A program made the position numbers and the translations under genes. From Methanocaldococcus jannaschii DSM 2661 (lineage in GTDB: Archaea; AGJL01; Methanococci; Methanococcales; Methanocaldococcaceae): a stretch of DNA of 32,000 nucleotides. The notes beneath the pieces were generated by a model, which was not told where the DNA came from, ran no database searches, and saw only the letters and a program-made list of their open reading frames with translations. Of this stretch, positions 9,052-17,520 are shown in pieces (the first letter of the stretch is position 1; each line of letters begins with the position of its first letter). The DNA lies in contig NC_000909.1 of the NCBI RefSeq assembly GCF_000091665.1, forward strand, positions 242,871-274,870, in the 5' to 3' direction.

Positions 9052-9513
9052 TTATTTTGCATTTGCATAAAGATAGTAAAGCTTATTAAATTTATTCACT
9101 GTATTTTGTATTTTATTATTTAATATTTCTTCAAGGTTGTTAATAGCTCCTGTTGGACATACTTCTTTGCAAATCTCAACATCTCTTTTATAACATCCAT
9201 TACATTTTATCGCTACTCCATCAATTCTTATAGCTCCAAATGGACATGCTAAAGCACACAAACCACAACCAACACACTTATCTTTTATAACCACCACTTT
9301 GTTATTAATCCTCTCTATTGCATTCTCCGGACATGCATATAGACAAGGATTTCTATCACAATGCATACATTTTATTGGAAATTCATTGAAGGTTATTCCA
9401 TTTATTGGACAACTCCTTTCACATCTCCTACATCCAATGCAAGACCCAACATTTACTACAACCATTTTTTCACCATCAATAGCCAATAAAAGAAAACTCT
9501 TCACTTGGTGCAT
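9052..9513 (-). CDS. porF: Polyferredoxin-like 4Fe-4S protein, PorF-like
   Basis: Several CxxCxxCxxxCP motifs. It is the last gene of the por cluster; the porEF naming follows the Methanococcus maripaludis por operon. The start could instead be the internal Met ([12 protein letters not shown]). Confidence 0.7.
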
Positions 9514-9554
9514 AAGGGATTAAAAAAGATAAAAAGTTATAATATTACAACAAT

Positions 9555-10049
9555 TTAAGGTTTAACTTTTGCGTCTATTGTTATTTTTGAAATTAAACTG
9601 TTATCTGATTTTTGTGTAGGAAGAGACATCTTACTAAATAAATCTAAAGACTTATCCCTCTTAGCAAATATTAACTCATTTACATCAACAAGCTCTAAGC
9701 ATCTCTTTGAGCAAGCTTTAACACATGCTGGTTCATCTCCATTGCATAAAATACACTTGTATGCTTTATCCTCCATCAATATAGCTCCAAATGGACATGC
9801 TAAAGCACATAAACCACAACCAATACAAACATCTTCATTTAAATAGACGTAGCCGTCTTTATGTTCAATTGCTGAAACTGGGCAGACTTCCTTACAAGGA
9901 GCTGAAGCACAGTGTTGGCAGACAATTGGAATGTATTTGCCATCTTTCTCCATTATGGCAATTCTTCCAACTTTATTCTTCTCCATGCATGCCTTAACAC
10001 AATCCCCACAGTTATCACAGTTGAAGTTTGTCATGATTATTTTTTTCAT
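9555..10049 (-). CDS. porE: Polyferredoxin-like 4Fe-4S protein, PorE-like
   Basis: Multiple Cys clusters ([32 protein letters not shown]). Start set to ATG 10049 (MKKIIMTNFN), downstream of GGTGAT. Lies immediately downstream of porB. Confidence 0.7.
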   Translation of the reverse strand: MKKIIMTNFNCDNCGDCVKACMEKNKVGRIAIMEKDGKYIPIVCQHCASAPCKEVCPVSAIEHKDGYVYLNEDVCIGCGLCALACPFGAILMEDKAYKCILCNGDEPACVKACSKRCLELVDVNELIFAKRDKSLDLFSKMSLPTQKSDNSLISKITIDAKVKP

Positions 10050-10097
10050 CACCATCACCAAAAACTATTTTAATTTTAGTAAAAAAAGAAATTTTAA

Positions 10098-10985
10098 TTA
10101 CAATCCTAACAACTTACATTTCTCATCAATATATTTTTGAATTCTCTCAATATCCTCATCAGTTAAATGCCTATATCTCTTCTGCATCTTTAGATATTCC
10201 CTAACTGGCTTTCTCTTAGCTGGTTTGTATGTAATTCTAAACTCCCCATTTTCAATTTCATAAAGTGGGAAGATTCCAGTTTCAACAGCCAATCTTCCGA
10301 TTTCTATTGTTTTTTCTGGTGGATATCCCCAACCTGTTGTACAAGGTTGTAAAACTTGTATAAACTTTGGCCCTTCAATGCTTAAAGCTTTTTTAACCTT
10401 TCTCATAAAGTCCTCTGGATATGAAATGCATGCGGTAGCAACGTAAGGAATACCATGAGCTGCCATTATCATTGTCATGTCTTTTTTAGGCCTATCCTCT
10501 CCTCTAATCTTTGAACCAGCTGGAGATGTTGTTGTAGCGGCCATGAAGGGCGTTGATGAACTTCTCTGTATTCCAGTGTTCATATATGCTTCATTATCAT
10601 ACATAATATATAATATATCGTGCCCCCTCTCCATAGCTCCACTCAATGCCTGAAAACCAATATCTGCTGTTCCTCCATCTCCTCCAATGGCAATGACATT
10701 TATTTTTTTATCAGCAAACTTTCCTCTTTTTCTCTTCAATGCCTTTACAGCTGCTTCAATACCGCTTGCAGTTGCTGCAGCGTTTTCAAATGCTGTATGA
10801 ATCCAAGGAACTCTCCAAGATGTTTCTGGGTATGGGGTAGTCATAACCTCTAAACAGCCAGTGGCGTTTGTTATAATTGTATCTTTTCCAGCTACCTTTA
10901 GCAGTAATCTTGCTACAATAGCAGCTCCACAGCCAGCACATCCTCTGTGTCCTGGTGCAAAATATTCTTCTCTTGGAAATTGCAT
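10098..10985 (-). CDS. porB: Pyruvate:ferredoxin oxidoreductase beta subunit (TPP-binding)
   Basis: CAGCG near the N-terminus and the TPP motif [10 protein letters not shown]. Start set to ATG 10985 after AAGGTGAT; the track start is GTG 10994. Confidence 0.9.
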   Translation of the reverse strand: MQFPREEYFAPGHRGCAGCGAAIVARLLLKVAGKDTIITNATGCLEVMTTPYPETSWRVPWIHTAFENAAATASGIEAAVKALKRKRGKFADKKINVIAIGGDGGTADIGFQALSGAMERGHDILYIMYDNEAYMNTGIQRSSSTPFMAATTTSPAGSKIRGEDRPKKDMTMIMAAHGIPYVATACISYPEDFMRKVKKALSIEGPKFIQVLQPCTTGWGYPPEKTIEIGRLAVETGIFPLYEIENGEFRITYKPAKRKPVREYLKMQKRYRHLTDEDIERIQKYIDEKCKLLGL

Positions 10986-11021
10986 TACAATCACCTTAAA
11001 AAATTATTTAAATAAAATTAT

Positions 11022-12182
11022 TTATTCCTTTAATCCAACCCATAATGTAGAGTCATCCTCTGCCTTTTCAACATGGTTAATTATTGTCTTTATATCATCT
11101 ATTTTGATGTCTCTTCCCCCTAAACCAACAATGTAGTTGCAAACTTTCTTATTCTTTAAAATTGATGCCATTTCAATACCTAAAGCTCCTTTATTAAATC
11201 CTAATGAGATGTTTTTATCTAACACAGCTATATTATTGGCATCTTTTAAAAGCTCCTTAACATCCTCTTTTGGGAATGGTCTAAAGGCTCTTATTCTTAA
11301 CAATCCAACATTTTTGCCTTCTTTTTTAAGTTCATCAATAACATACTTTATTGTCCCACAAACAGAACCCATTGCAACTAAAACGGTATCTGCGTTATCT
11401 AAGTTATAAGCCTCGACTAAACCATTTCCATACTTTCTCTTAAACCATTCAGCAAATTCCTCATTAACATCCCTAATAACTTTCTTAGCCCTCTCCATAG
11501 CCTCCTCTATCTGTTTCCTTGTCTCCATGTAGCAATCTGGAACTCCTACTGGCCCTTGAGTTATTGGTCTGTCTGGGTCTAAATATGCGTGTTTTGGTTC
11601 ATAAACTCCTAAAAATTCTCTAACTCTCTCTGCCTTTGGAATTGTTACTGGCTCTACTGTGTGAGTTAAGATAAATCCATCTAAACAAACCATGACTGGC
11701 AATAAGACGTCTTCATTTTCAGCTATCTTATAAGCTTGAATAATGCTGTCAAGTGTTTCTTGGTTATCTTCAACATATATCTGAATCCATCCACTGTCTC
11801 TCTCTGCTATTGAATCTTGGTGGTCATTCCAGATGTTTATAGGAGCTGATAAAGCTCTGTTAGCAACCATCATAACTATTGGCAATCTCATACCTGATGC
11901 AATGAATAACATTTCATGCATCAAAGCTAAACCTTGTGAAGCAGTTGCAGTAAATGTCCTTGCTCCTGTTGCAGCTGCCCCTATGCAAGCAGACATTGCT
12001 GAGTGCTCACTCTCAACCTTTATATATTCAGCATCTAACTCTCCATTAGCTACAAACTCAGCTAACTTCTCAACACACGTTGTTTGTGGTGTAATTGGAT
12101 AGGCAGCTATAACATCAACATCAGCTAATTTAGCCGCTTCAGCAGCAGCTGAAGTTCCTGTAATAACCTTGACTTCACACAT
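11022..12182 (-). CDS. porA: Pyruvate:ferredoxin oxidoreductase alpha subunit
   Basis: N-terminal GTSAAAEAAKLA...AYPITPQT is typical of 2-oxoacid:Fd oxidoreductase alpha subunits. ATG 12182 follows AAGGTGGA. Operon context supports the call. Confidence 0.9.
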   Translation of the reverse strand: MCEVKVITGTSAAAEAAKLADVDVIAAYPITPQTTCVEKLAEFVANGELDAEYIKVESEHSAMSACIGAAATGARTFTATASQGLALMHEMLFIASGMRLPIVMMVANRALSAPINIWNDHQDSIAERDSGWIQIYVEDNQETLDSIIQAYKIAENEDVLLPVMVCLDGFILTHTVEPVTIPKAERVREFLGVYEPKHAYLDPDRPITQGPVGVPDCYMETRKQIEEAMERAKKVIRDVNEEFAEWFKRKYGNGLVEAYNLDNADTVLVAMGSVCGTIKYVIDELKKEGKNVGLLRIRAFRPFPKEDVKELLKDANNIAVLDKNISLGFNKGALGIEMASILKNKKVCNYIVGLGGRDIKIDDIKTIINHVEKAEDDSTLWVGLKE

Positions 12183-12212
12183 AGTTTCCACCTTAGTAAT
12201 TTAGTGTTTATT

Positions 12213-12473
12213 TTATTTCTCTTCTCTAACCTTTGTTATTGCATTTACTGGACATTCGTTCATACATATTAGGCAACCTTTACAGTAATCATAATCTATT
12301 TTGAAGTTTCCATTTTCATCTTCTTGAATAGCCCCCTCTGGACAGAATATATAGCAATTTTCACATTTTACACATTTTTCATTGTCTAAAATTGGTCTAA
12401 ATGTTCTCCAAGTCCCTGTTTTGTTTTTAATTGAGTTTCCTGGCTCATATATAATAGCTGCAATTGTAACCAT
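12213..12473 (-). CDS. porD: Pyruvate:ferredoxin oxidoreductase delta subunit (2x[4Fe-4S])
   Basis: 86 aa with CVKCENCYIFCP and CKGCLICMNECP ferredoxin motifs, located between porC and porA. Confidence 0.9.
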   Translation of the reverse strand: MVTIAAIIYEPGNSIKNKTGTWRTFRPILDNEKCVKCENCYIFCPEGAIQEDENGNFKIDYDYCKGCLICMNECPVNAITKVREEK

Positions 12474-12491
12474 TTAATTCACCTCAATAAT

Positions 12492-13028
12492 TTATCCATA
12501 TTTTTTTAACATCTCATTGTATGCTACTTCAGCAGCTTTAGCGTTTTTCTCTCCTAATTTACCTTTAAATGTATCTAAAATAGCTTTTTTAACTGATTCT
12601 ATGCTAACAATTCCTGTAACTCCAGCAAAAGCTCCAACCATTGCAGTATTTACAATTGGAACTCCTAAAACATCTAACGCTATTCCTGTAGCATCAATTG
12701 TATATGTTTTGTAGCCTAAATCTAAATCATCCTTAACAGTGTTAATTACAACAGCGCCATCTTTCTTTAACCCCTCAACAACATTAACACTCTCTAAAAG
12801 AGTAGCATCCTGAACAATAACATAATCTGGCTCATAGATTTGGCATCTTAATGTTATCTTCTTATCGTCTATTCTTGTGAATGCCATAACTGGAGCCCCT
12901 CTTCTCTCAACACCAAAGAATGGAAATGCTTGACAAAACTTTCCATCATAAAAAGCAGCTTTAGCTAAAATTTGTGCTGCTGTAACAGCTCCTTGTCCTC
13001 CTCTTCCGTGAAATCTAATTTCTATCAT
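12492..13028 (-). CDS. porC: Pyruvate:ferredoxin oxidoreductase gamma subunit
   Basis: [22 protein letters not shown] is the gamma-subunit signature. It is the first gene of the operon. Confidence 0.9.
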
Positions 13029-13078
13029 ACACTCACCTTAAACTGTCATTATCAATCATTAACAATTATTAAAAGTAA

Positions 13079-13086
13079 TATATAAA
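13079..13086 (-). promoter_or_regulatory. TATA box of the por operon
   Basis: The minus strand reads CTTTATATA, matching the archaeal box A consensus, 51-58 nt upstream of the porC ATG. AAGGTGA SD lies just before the ATG. Confidence 0.6.
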
Positions 13087-13141
13087 GTTTTGGAGATTTA
13101 AGCAATTAACGAAAATAGTTTAGGCATAAGAAAAAATAAAA

Positions 13142-13548
13142 TTAATTTACATGGATTACATAGTCTTTCTCTAAAAATGATGTTGTATTTATTTTTGAGA
13201 ATGACACTATAGCAGTTCCTTTTTTAACTCCTTCAATATAATAGCCGATTTGATTTTTAAACAGCTTTATTGTTGAATTACTGTCATAAATCTTAATCTC
13301 CCAGCTTTCATTTAATGGAATTTCATAGATTTCTCCAACTGAGATTTTATTTTATTAAAAGAGGCATTTATGGGAATTACATCTTTCATTGCTAATTTCT
13401 GCCCTAAACCATCATAGTAATATCCATCTACTTTGATTATTATGTGATTTGCTAAAATATCAATAGACAGTAGTAAAATCAAAACTGACATTAAGAGGAT
13501 TAAAATCGTTGATGATTTTGGTCTCATTTTCTCACGTTTATTTTTCAT
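13142..13548 (-). pseudogene. Membrane-anchored small protein with Ig-like (BIG2-like pattern) C-terminal half, split by a frameshift
   Basis: The 78-aa ORF (13312-13548; basic N-terminus plus TM) stops at 13312. A second frame is open from 13351 to the TAA at 13142-13144. It encodes VGEIYEIPLNESWEIKIYDSNSTIKLF..GYYIEGVKKGTAIVSFS...VIHVN. The frames overlap in a T/A-run region (13315-13351). Confidence 0.55.
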
Positions 13549-13717
13549 AGTGGTTTTATAGGATTTTCCACAGTTTATATATTGAATTTGGAATTTAAAT
13601 ACTCAAAGAGTGTTATTATATAATAAAATATTTCCTCATGCGAAAGTCCTATTTTATTTCCAATTATTTATAATTCTAAGTATTTAAATATTTTTATGAA
13701 AAATTTTATATACAAAA

Positions 13718-13758
13718 ATGTTAAACATACTTAACATAATGTAAAGTATTATTAACAT
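13718..13758 (+). promoter_or_regulatory. Candidate operator: palindrome ATGTTAA-N6-TTAACAT plus a third TTAACAT half-site
   Basis: ATGTTAA at 13718-13724, TTAACAT at 13731-13737 and TTAACAT at 13752-13758. They lie just downstream of TTTTATATA (13704-13712) and upstream of ATG 13773, in an operon that ends in an XRE-type HTH gene. Confidence 0.4.
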
Positions 13759-13772
13759 GATAGAGGAAAAAG

Positions 13773-14024
13773 ATGGGTAAATTACTTCTCGGATTTTTAA
13801 CAGAGTTTTTAATAATAGATGAATTAAAAGCAGAGATATTTAAAAAATCATCCATTATGTTAATCCTTTCTTTTTGGATTTATTTAGTTCTGATTCTTAA
13901 TTTTATGGCTTTCTTTAATGTAAAAGTTGCATTTTCTTTAGATATAGTTATATTTTTAATGGCAACTTTTGTTTTGAATTTGATATTATCTTTTATCTAC
14001 TGCTTTAAAATACACTTAAGGTGA
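13773..14024 (+). CDS. Small integral membrane protein
   Basis: 83 aa with two or three hydrophobic helices. ATG start. Separated by 4 nt from the next gene. Confidence 0.5.
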   Translation: MGKLLLGFLTEFLIIDELKAEIFKKSSIMLILSFWIYLVLILNFMAFFNVKVAFSLDIVIFLMATFVLNLILSFIYCFKIHLR

Positions 14025-14028
14025 AACT

Positions 14029-14571
14029 ATGGACTTAAAAAGTAATATAAAACTTATATTGGCTACTGATTTATTAGCAGTTTTAATTTTATCTCTATTT
14101 ATCAAAAATTTTAAAATGGTTTTAGCTTTCTTATTGGCAGTGTTTGTAATTTGGTTATTTATTGATAAAAATAATATAAATGAAAGGTTATATGAGAATT
14201 TATTAGCAATGAGTGTTGGATTTATTGAAGGGATTTTGATATTTTTAGGAATTATCTACAATGAGGTATTTTTAGATATTACTTTAGGAATATTTGCAAT
14301 ACTTATTTTAATTGTTATGGGGATTTTATTTCCAAAGTATAAGTTAATCTTTGAAGTTTTTGATGAATTCGTTGAGCATCTTAAACAAAAATCTGGATTT
14401 TTAACTTTAATATCAATTTTCGGAATGTTACTTACTATTTATGTGTTTTTATTGATATTACCTTCAAAAGAGTTCTGTATTAACGCAGTTGATATTATTA
14501 GAACAATAATGCTTGTTATTACGGCAAATATGTTTATAATTGAGTTCTATACATTTAAAAAGTTTTCATAG
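14029..14571 (+). CDS. Integral membrane protein (about 5 TM)
   Basis: 180 aa, strongly hydrophobic throughout. The stop is 7 nt before the HTH gene's ATG. Confidence 0.55.
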   Translation: MDLKSNIKLILATDLLAVLILSLFIKNFKMVLAFLLAVFVIWLFIDKNNINERLYENLLAMSVGFIEGILIFLGIIYNEVFLDITLGIFAILILIVMGILFPKYKLIFEVFDEFVEHLKQKSGFLTLISIFGMLLTIYVFLLILPSKEFCINAVDIIRTIMLVITANMFIIEFYTFKKFS

Positions 14572-14578
14572 TGAAACA

Positions 14579-14779
14579 ATGAAAAACAAGCTGAAATACT
14601 ATAGAGCATTGCATAATTTAACTCAGGAGGATTTAGCAAAAAAGTTAGGAGTTAGTAGGCAAACAATCATCGCCATAGAGAAGGGTAAATACGACCCTTC
14701 TTTAAAATTGGCATTTAAAATAGCCAAGTTTTTTGGTGTTAAGATTGAGGATATATTTATTTATGAAGATGATGAATAA
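14579..14779 (+). CDS. XRE/Cro-C1 family HTH transcriptional regulator (66 aa)
   Basis: KLKYYRALHNLTQEDLAKKLGVSRQTIIAIEKGKYDPSLKLAFKIAKFF is a canonical HTH_3 pattern. Start set to ATG 14579; the track's 14540 start overlaps the upstream gene. Confidence 0.85.
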   Translation: MKNKLKYYRALHNLTQEDLAKKLGVSRQTIIAIEKGKYDPSLKLAFKIAKFFGVKIEDIFIYEDDE

Positions 14780-14793
14780 TTATTGGTGAGATT

Positions 14794-15253
14794 ATGATAA
14801 CTATAGATATTACAAAAAAGGAAGATATCGATGATATGATTAATCTATTAAAACAACTTTTTGAGATAGAGAAGGATTTTACTCCAAACTATGAAAAGCA
14901 AAAAAGGGATTAGAACTTTTATTAAATAAAGAGGATGCAGTAATCTTTGTTGCAAGATATAAAGGAAGAGTTATAGGGATGTGTTCTATTCAAACCTTAA
15001 TATCAACTGCTGAAGGAAGGGAGTTGGACTCTTAGAGGATTTAATTGTTGATGAACATTTTAGAGGTAGAGGTATTGGGAGCAAACTTCTATTGGAGGCT
15101 GAGAGATACTGTAAAGAAAATGGGTTATTAAGATTATCATTATTGGCAGATAAAGACAACACAAAGGCATTAGAGTTTTGTAAATCAAAGGGCTGGGAAT
15201 TTACAAACCTTATTTGTTTAAGAAAATTTTTTGATGGTGAGAAATGTGATTAA
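14794..15253 (+). pseudogene. GNAT-family N-acetyltransferase disrupted by two frameshifts
   Basis: Three consecutive frames read MITIDITKKEDIDDMINLLKQLFEIEKDF.., then LELLLNKEDAVIFVARYKGRVIGMCSIQTLISTAEG.., then GVGLLEDLIVDEHFRGRGIGSKLLLEAERYCKENG... RGRGIG is GNAT motif A. Shift 1 is at the A6 run 14900-14905; shift 2 lies between 15014 and 15032. Confidence 0.75.
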
Positions 15254-15542
15254 GGAAATAACTGAAGAAAAATTAGAAAATTATTTTAAGAGGACAGAGG
15301 AAGCTATAAAAATTATTAAAAAAGGCATGCCACCAAAGAGAAGTTTGTTGTATGATGTTGCTAAGGACTTTTTATTGATGATAGAGAGCTATTTTGAAGA
15401 TGCCAAGGCATTTAAAGAGAGAGGAGATTATGTGACTGCCTTTGCCTCTCTAAATTATGCCTATGGCTGGATTGATGCAGGTGTTAGATTGGGAATTTTT
15501 GATGTTGGAGATGATGATGTGAGATTTACCCTTGCTAAATGA
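15234..15542 (+). CDS. DUF357-like small helical protein
   Basis: The pattern Y..DAKAF...[24 protein letters not shown] resembles the DUF357 family as I recall it. ATG 15234; the track start is TTG 15231. Confidence 0.55.
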
Positions 15543-15942
15543 TTTTAAATTTTTTATTTTAATTATTTATTAATTTACATTAATTGATTTTCATAAATAA
15601 AAATAAAAAATAAGATTACACTAAATTTTGTTATATCATAGTATTCTCTCTTTAAAGCTTATTTTAAAATTATCTTCTATGATTTTTAGAACGTCCTCTA
15701 AAGAAAATGTGTTTAACTCCTCAGCAAATTTAGCGTGTCTATTGGGTGGTGAGGACTGCACTCGTCTCCAGCAATACAGCCACAACAAAGAATTACTCCA
15801 ACTACGGAACAAATCAAAAGAAATAATTTCAACATTTTCATAAACATCCCTATAATTACTCTTTTTTAATTTTTTACTAGTTCCTACCTTTATTTTAATT
15901 GACTATCAATTCAAACGCTTACTCTTTGCTCTTATTTTATAC

Positions 15943-17505
15943 TCAACCTACTATATGTATTTTTCTAATATCTCTAACAACCTTCCCAGTAATCGACCTC
16001 CTCCCATAATCAACAACCTCAACATCTACAAACTCTCCAATTTTAAGATTTTTATCTAAAATTCCAACTAATAATGGATAACTTCCAAACTGTCTTCCAA
16101 AGTATAAATCTTCCCTTTCTTTAACTTCAACAAATACATCTCTTAATATTGTCCCTTTTGGAACAACCCTTTTAAGCATTTTATTATCTATTTCTTCCCT
16201 AACTTTTTCTTTAAACCATAAAAATAACTTTTTTCTCTTCTCTGCCTTTTTTATGTCTTTTAGAGTTATATCAGTCCCAAAAAATGGAACAACTTGCCTT
16301 ATGTTAATCCTTCTAATCATAAAGCCCCTATCATAGATTTCTTTTAAATATTCAAAATTTATAGTAAATGTTTCTTTTCTCTCCCCTTTTAATCCAAACA
16401 ATAAATTTATGCCTGGCAATAAATACGGCAGCCCAGTTTCTCCCCTTTTTCCTCCAACTTCATTTAAAATTTCTACAGCCTTTAAAACATCTTCTGGTGT
16501 TGTTAATAAGTTGTTGGCTTTAATTACTTTCTCATCAAAACTCTCAACACCAAAAGCAGCAACATTTCCAGAAGTGCAGTATTTAACTAATATTTTAGCT
16601 ACCTCTCTACTTTCATCTTCATGCCTTGCTATCACTGCAGGATTTGCATTATCTATATGCAAAACCTTTGGATTTGAAACGTTCCTAATGCCTTTAAACA
16701 GCTTTTCAATTGCTTCAACATTTGGTTTTGGAACCTCTTCCTTCTCGGAATCAATTGATTTATATGAAAACATACATGGCTGTCTTCCAATTCTGAAATA
16801 TTTTATTCCCTCATTATATAATACCTTAATTTCGTCTATGATATCTTTTTCATCTCTAAATTTTGGCAATCCAAACCTCCTTGGCTCTGTGCAAAAAGAG
16901 CAGCCTCCAGTTAAAGCTCTTGGGCATCCTCTATAAGTTTCAATCTCAGCAATTATATATGGATAGTTTGGATGCTTTTTAACAACCTTAGCTCCTCTTA
17001 TTGCATATTCTCTCAACTCTTCATAGGTTCTATATCTGTTAAAATCAATCTTTTCTATGCTTCCCTCTCTCAACAAATCATTTAAAACTGCCTCTAAATC
17101 ACCCTCAGCAACAACATCAAAAAATGCTTTATATTTACTCTCATCTTCTATCTTTCCTCCAATCATTGAAGAGCCATATTTTGTCGCTGCTGGCCCCCCC
17201 AAAATTTTTAAGCCATCATATTTATATAATATAGAAACAAACTCCTTTAATGTTGCAGGATTTGCATTTAAATATTTTCCAGGTGTGTGAAATCCACAAA
17301 TACAAATTATTGCATCGTATTTATTTAAATTAAAATCTCCTCTAATTTCTCTAAATTTATCGATAGTTATATAATCCACTTTAACGTTATATTTATCTAA
17401 GGCACCATAAGCATATCTTGGGTAAATGCCTATATAAGGGGGCACCCCCAAACCAGCGGGTTCGTCAGTATAACCATCTAATATTAAAGCTCTCCCTATC
17501 ATCAT
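15943..17505 (-). CDS. Radical SAM domain protein with C-terminal TRAM/OB-like domain
   Basis: Cys cluster YRGCPRALTGGCSFCTEP (codons at 16891-16926). C-terminal LKIGEFVDVEVVDYGRRSITGKVV is TRAM-like. Start set to ATG 17505 after GGTGAT; the 23-codon GTG extension in the track runs into the sRNA gene. Confidence 0.7.
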   Translation of the reverse strand: MMIGRALILDGYTDEPAGLGVPPYIGIYPRYAYGALDKYNVKVDYITIDKFREIRGDFNLNKYDAIICICGFHTPGKYLNANPATLKEFVSILYKYDGLKILGGPAATKYGSSMIGGKIEDESKYKAFFDVVAEGDLEAVLNDLLREGSIEKIDFNRYRTYEELREYAIRGAKVVKKHPNYPYIIAEIETYRGCPRALTGGCSFCTEPRRFGLPKFRDEKDIIDEIKVLYNEGIKYFRIGRQPCMFSYKSIDSEKEEVPKPNVEAIEKLFKGIRNVSNPKVLHIDNANPAVIARHEDESREVAKILVKYCTSGNVAAFGVESFDEKVIKANNLLTTPEDVLKAVEILNEVGGKRGETGLPYLLPGINLLFGLKGERKETFTINFEYLKEIYDRGFMIRRINIRQVVPFFGTDITLKDIKKAEKRKKLFLWFKEKVREEIDNKMLKRVVPKGTILRDVFVEVKEREDLYFGRQFGSYPLLVGILDKNLKIGEFVDVEVVDYGRRSITGKVVRDIRKIHIVG

Positions 17506-17520
17506 AATAATCACCAAAAA

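Noticed and set aside
9052-10049. The two polyferredoxin genes as an independent electron-transfer system
   Set aside because: They sit directly downstream of porB in the same orientation with short gaps. This matches the porEF accessory genes described for Methanococcus por operons, so they were treated as part of that operon.
15628-15843. 71-aa plus-strand ORF (TTG start) in the 400-bp gap
   Set aside because: It has a TTG start without an SD and a sequence that is not protein-like. It overlaps more plausible minus-strand frames, so I kept it only as part of the gap finding.
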